DNA of 64,000 nucleotides from an uncultured Hymenobacter sp. (GCA_964251335.1 CAXUKA010000001.1:20034-84033); one strand, 5' to 3'. Positions 9,173-18,143 are shown, numbered from the stretch's first letter. Made by a program: numbers and translations. Notes: a model not told the origin generated them from the sequence alone.

Positions 9173-9946
9173 CTACTCCCACCCATTGCGGCGGAAAATG
9201 GCGTGGCCCTCGGCTGACTTTAAAAAGGCCACGAACTGCCGGGCGGTGGCCGCCTGGGTGGTGCGCTGGGTGAGGGCGATGGGCGTGCCCCGGTGCACGC
9301 GCTGGGCGCGGGGCAGGCGCACCAGCGCCGAGCCGGGCAGGCGCGGCTGCCACGAGGCGTAAGTTATCCAAGCATCGTAGCCCTGGGGCTGCTGCTGCCA
9401 GAGCGCCACGGCCTCGGCGCTGGTCTTCACCGAGGTGCGGGTATTGTGCTGGAGGTTGGCGATGAGGGCCGGGGTGCGAGCCATGTCCTCGGTCATGCCC
9501 ATCTGGCCGGCCCCGTTCACGTCGAGCAGGCGCACGCCGGGCCGGGTCAGGTCTTCGAGGCGCTTGATGTGCAGCGGGTTGCCCGGCCGCACCAGCACCG
9601 CCGACTCGCGGGCGTAGAGGCTGGTGCGGCTGGCCTCGTCCACCAGGCCGGGGTGGGCCAGCGCGGTTTGGGTGAGCATGTACTCGGCCCCGCCGTACAC
9701 CAGGTCGGCATCCTGCTGGGCCTGGGATAGCCACTGCGGCTCGGGGCCGGCCGTGACGTCCACGGGGGTTCCCGTTTGTTTGGTAAAGGCGGCAGCGCAC
9801 TCCTTCATAGCCGTGGCCGGGCCGCCGGGGCCGTACACGTGCAGGGTTTGGGGCGGCGTCTGGGCCAGGGCCGGGCTGGCGGCTAAGGTGCTGAGCATAA
9901 GGCAGCGGGCAACCCGGCCGAGCCGGGTGCGAAAAGGGGTTTGCAT
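9173..9946 (-). CDS. Periplasmic solute-binding protein (PBP type 2, ModA/Sbp-like), no cognate permease nearby
   Basis: Signal peptide ...LAASPALAQ. LHVYGPGGPATAMKECAAAFTKQTGTPVDV is typical of the N-lobe of anion-binding SBPs. Confidence 0.6.
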   Translation of the reverse strand: MQTPFRTRLGRVARCLMLSTLAASPALAQTPPQTLHVYGPGGPATAMKECAAAFTKQTGTPVDVTAGPEPQWLSQAQQDADLVYGGAEYMLTQTALAHPGLVDEASRTSLYARESAVLVRPGNPLHIKRLEDLTRPGVRLLDVNGAGQMGMTEDMARTPALIANLQHNTRTSVKTSAEAVALWQQQPQGYDAWITYASWQPRLPGSALVRLPRAQRVHRGTPIALTQRTTQAATARQFVAFLKSAEGHAIFRRNGWE

Positions 9947-9959
9947 GGCGGAAAGGAGG

Positions 9960-10922
9960 TTATTTCACCGGGGGCAGGAAGCCGTACTTCTGGTACACGG
10001 CCTGCCCGGCGGGGCTGGTGAGGAAGGCCACGAAGTCCTCGGCGGCCTGGGCGTGGGGGGCGGCTTTCATCGTGCCGGCCACGTAGTTGGCCAGTATGTT
10101 TTCCTTGGCCGGAATCTCGACGCTCTCTACCGGGTGGCCCAGCATTTTCTGGTAAAAAGCCTCCGTGTACCACACCGGGGCGGCATCCGACTGGTCGTAG
10201 AGCACCCGCAGGGGCGATTGCCGGTGGTGAATCTGGGTCAGAAACGTGCTGCCAGCTTTCACCTTGGTCGTCATCACGGCCGTTTTGAGTGCCACGCCCC
10301 CAGCCTTTTCATACGACTCTTCGATGCGCTTGCCGATGCCCTCCCAGGCGGGGTTGGGCATGCTCACCCGCACCTCGGGCCGGCCCAGGTCGCGCAGGCT
10401 GGCCACCTTCTTGGGGTTGCCCTTGCGGACCATAATAGCCAGCCGGTTCTGGGCGTAGCTGCTGGTGCGTCCAAACCACTCGGGGGTCATATCCATGCGG
10501 CTCTTGCCGGCCGCGTACACGTCGGGCTTGAGGGCGATGCGCAGGTTGCCCACCACCAGCGCCCCGCCCTGCTCAATCTGCTTGGCCAGGATGCCGGGCG
10601 GCAGCGTTTCCACGAAAATGCGCTGGTACTGCGGGTAGGCCTTGCGAAACTCGCGCAGCAAATCGTCGAGCACCATGAACTGGTTGCCCCCAAAAAACAC
10701 CACCAGCTGCGGGTCCACCACGTCGCCATACAAGTCGGGCACGTTGTCAATCCCGGGTACCGTAAAGGCCTCGCCGGTTTGAAACGGGGCATTCCAGGGC
10801 GGGTCGAAGCGGTGGGCCGCGTCGGGCGGCGTGGGTTTCTGCACGGGCATGGTCTGGGCCGAAAGGGCAGCCGGGGCCAGCGCGAGCGCAGCCAGAGCAA
10901 GCAGGTGAGGAAGGCGTTTCAT
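9960..10922 (-). CDS. Periplasmic solute-binding protein (PBP type 2), second orphan copy
   Basis: Signal peptide MKRLPHLLALAALALAPAALSAQ. It also has VVFFGGNQFMVLDDLLREFRKAYP and a C-terminal AEDFVAFLTSPAGQAVYQKYGF. Confidence 0.6.
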   Translation of the reverse strand: MKRLPHLLALAALALAPAALSAQTMPVQKPTPPDAAHRFDPPWNAPFQTGEAFTVPGIDNVPDLYGDVVDPQLVVFFGGNQFMVLDDLLREFRKAYPQYQRIFVETLPPGILAKQIEQGGALVVGNLRIALKPDVYAAGKSRMDMTPEWFGRTSSYAQNRLAIMVRKGNPKKVASLRDLGRPEVRVSMPNPAWEGIGKRIEESYEKAGGVALKTAVMTTKVKAGSTFLTQIHHRQSPLRVLYDQSDAAPVWYTEAFYQKMLGHPVESVEIPAKENILANYVAGTMKAAPHAQAAEDFVAFLTSPAGQAVYQKYGFLPPVK

Positions 10923-10977
10923 GGGCGGGGTGGTTGGGAAGTAAGCGTATTGTGCAGGCGGAGCCAGGCCCTCCCCC

Positions 10978-11457
10978 CTAGGGGTGCACCAGCGACCAGC
11001 CCTGGGCCTGCCGGATAATCAGCTCCCCGTTGCCGCTGGGCACGTAGGCGATGAGCGGCAGCAGCTCGTCCTTGCTTATCTTCTTCTCCTTGAGTGTGTT
11101 CAGGCACTGCGACAGGATGACGCCCTTCGCCTTGAGGGCGGTTAGCGGCGCCTCGTAGGGCTGGTCCTTGCGGAAGAGGGCGGTACCGTTGCCGAAGGCC
11201 ACCAGTTCAATAGTAATCTTCCCCTTCAGCCGCGCGTCTTCCAGCGCGTTGTTGATGTTGCGCAGCGTTTGCTGAATGAGCTTGGGGTCGTCGCTATCGA
11301 GCTGGTACACGGCGTTGTAGTGGGCCTGGTCGGCGGTCGCGCCGGCGAAGGTGCCTTTCTGGAATGCCTCGGCATCGTGCATAGCGGCGGGGGTTTGGGC
11401 GCGGCCCGTGAAGGAAAGACCCGCGATGAGCGCGGCGGTCAGAAACAAGCTTTTCAT
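10978..11457 (-). CDS. DsrE/DsrF-like (COG1416-type) sulfur-relay fold protein, secreted
   Basis: The internal Met gives a signal peptide MKSLFLTAALIAGLSFTGRAQ. It also has IELVAFGNGTALF, GVILSQCLNTL and YVPSGNGELIIRQAQGWSLVHP. Confidence 0.6.
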   Translation of the reverse strand: MKSLFLTAALIAGLSFTGRAQTPAAMHDAEAFQKGTFAGATADQAHYNAVYQLDSDDPKLIQQTLRNINNALEDARLKGKITIELVAFGNGTALFRKDQPYEAPLTALKAKGVILSQCLNTLKEKKISKDELLPLIAYVPSGNGELIIRQAQGWSLVHP

Positions 11458-11495
11458 GGGAGAAAACTGGAAAGAAAAGAGGGGTTTTGCCGCAC

Positions 11496-12587
11496 TTATT
11501 CCGCGCCTTTTTTGCCCTGGCTCATGGCGGCGTAGGGGCCAAACTGGTGCTGGTGCTGCGTAAACTGGTCGGCGTAAGGGGGGTAGGGGCAATCGACCGG
11601 CTTCTTGCTTAGGTCGGGGTAGTCTTTGGCGAGGTGGGCCATTTGGGGCCGGGGCATCGAGTTGAAATAAGCGGCCACGTCGTAGGCCGCCTCGTCGCTG
11701 AGGACGGTGTGCTCGGCGGTAGCCCCGAAGGGCATGTTAGCCTTCACGAAGCGGGCGGCCGTTTGCAGGCGGTGCATGCCGGCCCCGTCGTTGTAGCTGT
11801 CGGGGCCCCACAGCGGCGGGTACTGGTACTGCCCGCTGCTGCGGGCGCGCTGGCCCTGGCCGCCCGCGCCGTGACAGCTGGCGCACTGCTGGGCAAAAAT
11901 GAGCTTGCCCTGGCCCAGGTCGGCGGCCCGGTTGGGCATCGTGAACTTGACAAACCCCTGGCCCTTCACTTTCTCGCCCACCGGCACCTGGCGGCCCAGC
12001 CATTTCATGTACGTCACCATGGCCTTCATCTCCTTGCCTTCAAGAGTCAGCGGCTGGCCGTTGAGGCTGCGCGTCATGCAGCCGTTGATGCGGTCTTCGA
12101 GGGTGCTGATGGCGTTTTCGCGGCCCTTGTAGGTGGGGTAAATGCCCCAGATGCCCACGTAGGGAGCCGAAAAGGCCTTTTGGCCGGCTTGCAAATGGCA
12201 GTTCTGGCAGGCCAGGTTGCTGCCGGCCAGGCGCAGCAGCGGGTCCTTGGCCTGGGGCCCCAGGTATTGCGGGGTGTGGGCAATCAGCTCGTGGCCGTAG
12301 CGAATCAGCTCGCCCTCGGGGTTGTTTTGCACGCTGTCGAGCAAGAAGCGCGCGGGCGTGAAAAAGTTAACCAGCTGCGCCCTAGCCGGCTGCGCCGCCG
12401 CACCGGCCGGCGGGGCCGCGGCGGCTACCGGGGCCCCGGGCTTGGGCGGAAACACCAGCACGTAGGCCGTCACGGCCACCACCAGCACCATCAGCCCAAT
12501 AACCCAGGTGAGCAGCCCGGCGACCTTGATGAACACCTGCTTGTCTTCGGGTTGCAGGCGGGGCGAGGGCTCGGCGGGAGTTTCCAT
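11496..12587 (-). CDS. tsdA: TsdA-like diheme cytochrome c (thiosulfate dehydrogenase family), N-terminally membrane anchored
   Basis: Two CxxCH motifs (CQNCH, CASCH). EDRINGCMTRSLNG matches the Cys axial-ligand segment of Allochromatium TsdA. PPLWGPDSYNDGAGMHRLQTAARFVKANMP is also present. Confidence 0.8.
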   Translation of the reverse strand: METPAEPSPRLQPEDKQVFIKVAGLLTWVIGLMVLVVAVTAYVLVFPPKPGAPVAAAAPPAGAAAQPARAQLVNFFTPARFLLDSVQNNPEGELIRYGHELIAHTPQYLGPQAKDPLLRLAGSNLACQNCHLQAGQKAFSAPYVGIWGIYPTYKGRENAISTLEDRINGCMTRSLNGQPLTLEGKEMKAMVTYMKWLGRQVPVGEKVKGQGFVKFTMPNRAADLGQGKLIFAQQCASCHGAGGQGQRARSSGQYQYPPLWGPDSYNDGAGMHRLQTAARFVKANMPFGATAEHTVLSDEAAYDVAAYFNSMPRPQMAHLAKDYPDLSKKPVDCPYPPYADQFTQHQHQFGPYAAMSQGKKGAE

Positions 12588-12691
12588 GACGAAAAGGGTG
12601 GGAATGGAAAGGAAAATTATCAGCAGGCAAACCCCTGATTCCTAATCGTTTCAGGCCAGATCGGTCGCCTTCGCCCCGCGGGCCGGGCCGC

Positions 12692-13804
12692 CTAAACGGC
12701 GTGCAAAATGACGTAGAGCGAGGTGGTCGAAATCACGACCCACAGCAGCACGCCCAGCACGTAGGGCCGGATACCCACCGAGCTCACCACCTTGGCCGAA
12801 AGACCCGCGCCGATAAAGAAGAGCGTCACCGTGAGGCCGATTTTGGCCAGGTTCACCATCACCGGGCCCAGCGCCTTGGCGGCGGGGATGTAGGCTGGGG
12901 CAAAGGTGTTGAAGAGCATCGCCAGGATGAAGCCGAAGATGAAGTAGGGAATCGAGATTTTAACGCCTTTCTGCTTGAAAATCATGGCCGTGCCGATGGC
13001 CACCGGAATAATCCAGAGCGCCCGCGCTAGCTTCACCGTCGTAGCTACTTCCAAAGCCTGGTTGCCGTAGGCCGCCGCCGCGCCCACTACCGAACTCGTG
13101 TCGTGGATGGCGATGGCGCACCAGAGGCCAAACTGGTTTTGGCTCATGTGCAGGGCGTGGCCAATGGGCGGGAAGGCGAACAGCGCAATGGCGTTCAGCA
13201 CGAACACCGTGCCCAGGCCCACCGACATCTCCTCGTCTTTGGCCCGCAGCACCGGCCCGATGGCCGCGATGGCTGAACCGCCGCAAATGGCGGTGCCGCA
13301 CGAAATGAGGTGCACCACGTGTTTGCTCAGCCCCAGCCACTTACCTACGAAGTAGCCCAGAAACAACGTGCCGAAGATGGACACGACCGTGAACAGAATC
13401 CCTTCTTTGCCCGCCTGCACCGCCGCGTGGGCGTTCATGCCGAAGCCCAGGCCGATAACCGAGAATTGCAGCAGCTTGTGGGTGAAGGCTTTGGTGTGGC
13501 TGGTGAAGGGGTTACCCACCGTTTGGGCCAGCACCAGCCCTAGGGCCAGCGCGATGGGCGGCGAGGCCCAGGGCGTGAGGCAGAAAATGAGAAACAGGGC
13601 AAACACCACCTGCCGCAGCGTAAACGTGCGCCCAAACAGCTCGCGCGGCGTGTGCAGCGAGCGGAAGATGCCAGTGGTGGTTTCGGGCTCGTCGAGGGTG
13701 GCTTCGGCGTGCTCTATCTCGGCCGAAGAGGCGAAGAGCAGCGGCTCGGCGCTGTGCTCGGTGGCCGGCGCGGCGGGGGGAGTAGTATTAGGGTGCTGGG
13801 TCAT
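12692..13804 (-). CDS. YeiH/UPF0324-family putative sulfate exporter
   Basis: About 10 TM helices, with CGTAICGGSAIAA and IHDTSSVVGAAAAYG motifs. Start taken at MTQHPNTT. Confidence 0.8.
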   Translation of the reverse strand: MTQHPNTTPPAAPATEHSAEPLLFASSAEIEHAEATLDEPETTTGIFRSLHTPRELFGRTFTLRQVVFALFLIFCLTPWASPPIALALGLVLAQTVGNPFTSHTKAFTHKLLQFSVIGLGFGMNAHAAVQAGKEGILFTVVSIFGTLFLGYFVGKWLGLSKHVVHLISCGTAICGGSAIAAIGPVLRAKDEEMSVGLGTVFVLNAIALFAFPPIGHALHMSQNQFGLWCAIAIHDTSSVVGAAAAYGNQALEVATTVKLARALWIIPVAIGTAMIFKQKGVKISIPYFIFGFILAMLFNTFAPAYIPAAKALGPVMVNLAKIGLTVTLFFIGAGLSAKVVSSVGIRPYVLGVLLWVVISTTSLYVILHAV

Positions 13805-13868
13805 GGGGGAGAGCTGGTTAACTGCTGCAAATTTACGGCAAAGCTCCCTGTTTAGATTATCCCATAAT

Positions 13869-13893
13869 GTTATGAGCAATAACCATTGGTTAT
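13869..13893. promoter_or_regulatory. LTTR-box-like overlapping palindromes upstream of the YeiH-family gene
   Basis: GTTAT-gagca-ATAAC (13869..13883, of T-N11-A type) overlaps ATAACCA-t-TGGTTAT (13879..13893). The site lies about 75 nt upstream of the ATG at 13804. Confidence 0.5.
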
Positions 13894-14528
13894 GAAAGGC
13901 AGTCGCAAGACAGGTCGCACAGCCGGATAAACTGTTGGGCAGCAAGCGGGAGCACCTCGCCCGTGCGCCACGCAGCGGCGAGCGTCCGCGCCAGGTACAG
14001 GCCCCGGATGGGTATTTCTTCCAGCTGCCCGCTCACCAGCTCGGCCATCAGGGCGCGGCGCGACAGAAAGCCCAGCGCGCCGGGCGTGGCCAGCAGGTGG
14101 GCTTTGAGGGCCTCGTTGCCGGTGAAGTAGCGCGGGGCGGGCAGGTCGGCCAAGCGCACGCCGTGGGTGAGCAGCGCGGCTTCGACCACGGCCAGCGTGC
14201 CCGAGCCGGGCTCGCGCAACGCCCAGGGGTGGCCCAGGGCCTCGGGCAATGCCAGCGGGGCGGCGGGCGGCCCGGCCGGCGTGGCCCCGCGCACGGCCAC
14301 CAGCTCGTCGAAGAGCAGCCGCTCGTAGCGCAGGCCGGGCAGCCGCTCGGGGCCTTCCACAAAGCCCAGCGCCAGCTCGCCGCGCAGCAGCGCCTGGGCT
14401 ACCTGCGCCGAGTTGGCGGGGTGCAGCGCCACGGCTACCGCCGGGTGCCGGGCCCGAAAATCGGCCAGCAGCCGGGGCAGCACGTAGCGGGCCAGGGTGG
14501 CGCTGGCCCCGATGTGTAGGGTAGGCAT
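13890..14528 (-). CDS. LysR-family effector-binding domain protein lacking the N-terminal HTH (truncated paralog, possibly a pseudogene)
   Basis: It aligns from about residue 93 onward of the full-length LysR at 15172..16086 (LHIGASATLARYVLP.. vs LRLGASTTLAQYVLP..). Only about 118 nt of non-HTH sequence lies upstream. Confidence 0.6.
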   Translation of the reverse strand: MPTLHIGASATLARYVLPRLLADFRARHPAVAVALHPANSAQVAQALLRGELALGFVEGPERLPGLRYERLLFDELVAVRGATPAGPPAAPLALPEALGHPWALREPGSGTLAVVEAALLTHGVRLADLPAPRYFTGNEALKAHLLATPGALGFLSRRALMAELVSGQLEEIPIRGLYLARTLAAAWRTGEVLPLAAQQFIRLCDLSCDCLS

Positions 14529-14587
14529 AGTAGAGAAGAAAGAATAACTAGCTTTTTGCCAACTAGTTGCCGGCTGCTTAAAACTAG

Positions 14588-14611
14588 TAAAGGCACCGGA
14601 GGGTGCCTTTA
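14588..14611 (-). terminator. Hairpin terminator downstream of the 14646..15020 gene
   Basis: taaaggcacc-ggag-ggtgccttta, followed on the minus strand by a T-rich run. Confidence 0.5.
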
Positions 14612-14645
14612 CTGCTGGCGCTAGCCCGGCCGGTTGGCCGGCCGG

Positions 14646-15020
14646 CTAGAGACTGGTTTGCTCGTTTTTCAAGTCGTATACGTCGCCCCCGGCGTAGCGC
14701 GGGTCGTCGGCGGCGTAGGCGGCGCGCTCCACGTCCTCGTCTTTGCCCTGGGCGGCCTCAATGGCGGCGGTAGCCTGGTTTTGCTCGGCGTGGCCGCGCT
14801 GCTGGCTGGGCTCGTAGGGGCCGGTCTCGCAGCCACCGTGGGTGCCGGCGGGGTCCATATAGCCGCCCACGTACTGGCGGTTGGGGTGGTGCTCCGGGGT
14901 AGCAGGCACGTTGGCCGGGTCGCCAAAGGTGCCGTAGTGCGGCGTACCGGCGTGGGCCGCATCGGCCGGCTGCTCGGCGGGAGTGGGCTGCGAATCGGGG
15001 GAATCGGCGGGCTGGCTCAT
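14646..15020 (-). CDS. Low-complexity, acidic, probably disordered protein (hypothetical)
   Basis: An AT-rich promoter region lies upstream and a hairpin downstream. The opposite-strand ORF (14634..15116) is Gly/Val/Ala shadow-like. Confidence 0.4.
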   Translation of the reverse strand: MSQPADSPDSQPTPAEQPADAAHAGTPHYGTFGDPANVPATPEHHPNRQYVGGYMDPAGTHGGCETGPYEPSQQRGHAEQNQATAAIEAAQGKDEDVERAAYAADDPRYAGGDVYDLKNEQTSL

Positions 15021-15132
15021 GGCAAAAAGGGAAAAAGTGAAGAACTAATGTACAGCAAACTGGCGGCGGCTAGCAGCAAAAGCCACTGCCGCTGGCAAGT
15101 GATACGGCAAAAGTAGCGGCCCTCATTGAATT

Positions 15133-15166
15133 TTGGTTATAGCAAATAGTTATTGCTAATAACCAA
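15133..15166. promoter_or_regulatory. LTTR-box-like palindrome between the LysR stop and the 14646..15020 promoter
   Basis: TTGGTTATAGCAA-atagtta-TTGCTAATAACCAA contains GTTAT-tgcta-ATAAC (15149..15163). It uses the same half-sites as 13869..13893. Confidence 0.5.
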
Positions 15167-15171
15167 ATTCG

Positions 15172-16086
15172 CTACCTTGCTTTGCTGCCCGCCTGCTGCT
15201 GGGCAAAGCTCCAGAAGCGCTGGGCGGTGCGCGTCAGGGGCTGGCCCTGCACCCACACCGCCTCGAACTGCCGGGGCAGCGTGAAGCCTTGCACAGGTAT
15301 TTCTTCGAGCAGGCCCGCCGCCAGCTCGCGCCGCAGCGCCTGCCGCGACACGAAGCCCACGGCTCCCGGCGCGGCCTCTAGGTAGGTCTTGATGGCCTCG
15401 GTGCTGTCCAGGTAAATCGCGGTTTTCAGCTCGCCGAGCTTGATTTTACGCTCGCGCAGGGCCGTTTCCAGCACATCGAGCGTGCCCGAGCCGCGCTCGC
15501 GCAGCACCAGGGGGCTGGCCAGTACTTCAGCCAGCGGCAGGGGCCTAGGGGGCGAGCCGGCGGGCGTAGGCTGGCGCACGGCCACCAGCTCGTCGGGCAG
15601 CAGCAACTCGTAGTGCAGGTCGCGGTTTTTGGTGCGGCCTTCCACGAAGCCCAAATCCAGCTCGCCGCGCAGCAGTGCCTCGGCGATGCGCTCGGAGTTG
15701 ACGTTGAGCAAGCTCAGCTGCACCCGCGGGTAGCGCGCCTGGAAAGCGGGTAGCCAGGCCGGCAGCACGTATTGGGCCAGGGTGGTGCTGGCCCCCAGGC
15801 GCAGGCGGCCGGCGGCCTCGTCGGGGTCGCGCAGGCCGAGCAACTGCTCGTCGAGCTGCTGGGCCGAGGCGGCCACGGCTTCGGCGTGCAGCAGCAGCAG
15901 GCGGCCGGCTTCGGTGAGCAGCACCTTGCTGCCGCTGCGCTCCAGCAGGCGCTGGCCGTACTGGGCCTCCAGCTCGCGGATGTGCTTGGTGACGGCCGGC
16001 TGGCTCACGAACAGCTCCTGCCCGGCCTTGGTGAAGCTCAGGTGCCGCGCCACGGCGGCAAATACGCGAAGGCGAAAATCGGACAT
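15172..16086 (-). CDS. LysR-family transcriptional regulator (full length)
   Basis: N-terminal HTH (FAAVARHLSFTKAGQELFVSQPAVTKHIRELE) plus a substrate-binding domain. Confidence 0.9.
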   Translation of the reverse strand: MSDFRLRVFAAVARHLSFTKAGQELFVSQPAVTKHIRELEAQYGQRLLERSGSKVLLTEAGRLLLLHAEAVAASAQQLDEQLLGLRDPDEAAGRLRLGASTTLAQYVLPAWLPAFQARYPRVQLSLLNVNSERIAEALLRGELDLGFVEGRTKNRDLHYELLLPDELVAVRQPTPAGSPPRPLPLAEVLASPLVLRERGSGTLDVLETALRERKIKLGELKTAIYLDSTEAIKTYLEAAPGAVGFVSRQALRRELAAGLLEEIPVQGFTLPRQFEAVWVQGQPLTRTAQRFWSFAQQQAGSKAR

Positions 16087-16172
16087 GGGCGCGAAGGTCG
16101 GGGCTGTAGCGCGGACTTTGCGGCGAAAAGGCCGGCCGGCCCGTATGGGCCTTCCACTTCATTCGCTGCTGC

Positions 16173-17225
16173 ATGTTCGCCCACTTATCCATTCCCCTTT
16201 TGCTACTTGCCTTCGCGGCGGCCGGGGCGGCCGTCTGGGTGGCCGGCGTTTACCTTGCCAACGCTACCTCGGTGCTGGCCAAGCGCTTCGGACTAGGGCA
16301 GGCGCTGGGCGGCTTGCTGCTGCTGGCGGTGGTCACCAACTTGCCCGAGCTGGCCATCACAGTCAGCGCGGCCCTGAGCCAGCACCTGGAATTAGCCATC
16401 GGTAACATCTTGGGTGGCATTGCGATGCAGACGCTAGTGCTGGTGGTGCTCGACGTGTTTGGCCTGGGCAAAAAAGCGGCCCTCACCTACCAGGCCGCTT
16501 CGCTGGTGCTGGTACTGGAAGGCGTACTGGTGCTGGCCGTGCTGGCGGCCGTGCTGGTAGGCAGCCAGCTGCCAGCCGCCCTTATCGTGGCCCGCATAAC
16601 CCCGGCGGGCCTGCTCATCTTGGGGCTCTGGGTAGTGGGCCTATGGCTGATTGGCAAAGCGCAAAAGGGGCTACCCTGGCAGGCGCACGACGCGGCCCCG
16701 GCTGGCAGCCCGCCGCCCAAGCCAGCGGCTCTGGCCCAGTCAACGCCCCCGGCCAGCACCTGGCGCACGGGGCTGGTGTTCCTGGCTGCGGCCCTCGTGA
16801 CGCTGGTGGCGGGCGTGGTGCTGGAGCGCAGCGGCGACGCGCTGGCCACGCATTGGGGCTTGAGCGGGCTGCTGTTTGGGGCCACGGTGCTGGCGGCAGC
16901 CACCTCGCTGCCCGAGGTTTCGACCGGCCTGGCGTCCATGAAAGCGGGCGAATACCAGCAGGCCATCAGCGATATTTTTGGGGGCAATGCCTTTTTGCCG
17001 GTGCTGTTTCTGGTGGCCAGCGCGCTCTCGGGCCAGGCCGCGCTGCCCCACGCCGGCAAGGCCGACCTCTATCTCACGGGCCTGGGCATGCTGCTCACCT
17101 GCGTGTACGTCTACGGGCTGGTTTTCCGGCCGCAGCGGCAGGTGGCCCGCATGGGCCTCGACTCGCTGGTAGTACTCGGGTTGTATGCCCTAGGTATGCT
17201 GGGACTGTTGGCTATCAGTCCCTAA
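16173..17225 (+). CDS. CaCA-family cation/Ca2+ exchanger-like membrane protein
   Basis: Two alpha-repeat-like segments (NLPELAITVSAAL...GNILGGIAMQTLVL and SLPEVSTGLASM...FGGNAFLPVLFL). Confidence 0.7.
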   Translation: MFAHLSIPLLLLAFAAAGAAVWVAGVYLANATSVLAKRFGLGQALGGLLLLAVVTNLPELAITVSAALSQHLELAIGNILGGIAMQTLVLVVLDVFGLGKKAALTYQAASLVLVLEGVLVLAVLAAVLVGSQLPAALIVARITPAGLLILGLWVVGLWLIGKAQKGLPWQAHDAAPAGSPPPKPAALAQSTPPASTWRTGLVFLAAALVTLVAGVVLERSGDALATHWGLSGLLFGATVLAAATSLPEVSTGLASMKAGEYQQAISDIFGGNAFLPVLFLVASALSGQAALPHAGKADLYLTGLGMLLTCVYVYGLVFRPQRQVARMGLDSLVVLGLYALGMLGLLAISP

Positions 17226-17234
17226 CGAATATTA

Positions 17235-17951
17235 GTGCCCTCCTCACCGCCCCACCCCATGCCCGACCTCGTATTGCTGCGCCACGGCGAAAGCACCGCT
17301 AATTTAGCCAACGTATTCACCGGTTGGACCGATGTGAACCTCACCCCGCAGGGCGTGGCCGAAGCCCACCGCGCCGGCCAGCTGCTACGCCAGCACGGCT
17401 TCCGCTTCGACGTGGGCTACACTTCCCTGCTCAAGCGCACCATCAAAACAATGGCTATCGTGCTGGAAGAGCTGGACCTGCTTTGGATTCCGGTGCAGAA
17501 AACCTGGCGGCTCAACGAGCGTTTTTACGGAGCGCTGCAAGGCCAGAACAAGGCCGAGGCCGAAACTCAGTATGGGGCCGAACAGGTGCTTAAGTGGCGG
17601 CGCGACCCCTACGCCCACCCGCCCGCCATCACGCCCGCCGACCCCCGCTACCCCGGCCGCGACCCGCGCTACCAGCACCTCACCGACCGCGAATTGCCCC
17701 TGACCGAGAATCTGAGCGAAACCCTGGCCCGCGTACTCCCTTTCTGGACCGAGACGGTCATGCCCGCCCTGCGCCAGCAGCAGCGCGTCATCGTGTGCGC
17801 CCACGGCAACAGCCTGCGCGCCCTAGTGGAGTACATCGACAAGCTCACCGACGAGCAGGTGACCCAGCTCGACATCCTGACCGGCGTACCGATGGTGTAC
17901 CAGCTCAACGATAACCTGGAGCGCGTGGGCCACTACCTGCTCACGGAGTAG
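17235..17951 (+). CDS. gpmA: 2,3-bisphosphoglycerate-dependent phosphoglycerate mutase
   Basis: LVLLRHGESTANLANVFTGWTDVNLT, ERFYGALQG and CAHGNSLRAL motifs. The start could instead be the second Met (MPDLV). Confidence 0.9.
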   Translation: MPSSPPHPMPDLVLLRHGESTANLANVFTGWTDVNLTPQGVAEAHRAGQLLRQHGFRFDVGYTSLLKRTIKTMAIVLEELDLLWIPVQKTWRLNERFYGALQGQNKAEAETQYGAEQVLKWRRDPYAHPPAITPADPRYPGRDPRYQHLTDRELPLTENLSETLARVLPFWTETVMPALRQQQRVIVCAHGNSLRALVEYIDKLTDEQVTQLDILTGVPMVYQLNDNLERVGHYLLTE

Positions 17952-17988
17952 ACTTGTTTTTTTAATTGAAAAAGACCCGAAATTGACT

Positions 17989-18096
17989 GTCATGCTCATC
18001 TGGCATCCACGCAGTGAAGCATCTCTACCGCTTCATCCAAGCCATTCAATGAAGCGGTAGAGATGCTTCACTGCGTGGATGCCAGATGAGCATGAC
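17989..18096. repeat. Perfect 48-bp inverted repeat (12-nt spacer) between convergent genes
   Basis: Arm 17989..18036 (gtcatgctcatctggcatccacgcagtgaagcatctctaccgcttcat) is the exact reverse complement of 18049..18096. Confidence 0.9.
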
Positions 18097-18143
18097 AACC
18101 GTTTTTTTCGATTCAGGAAGAAGTTCAGAAAGCCTTGCCACGC

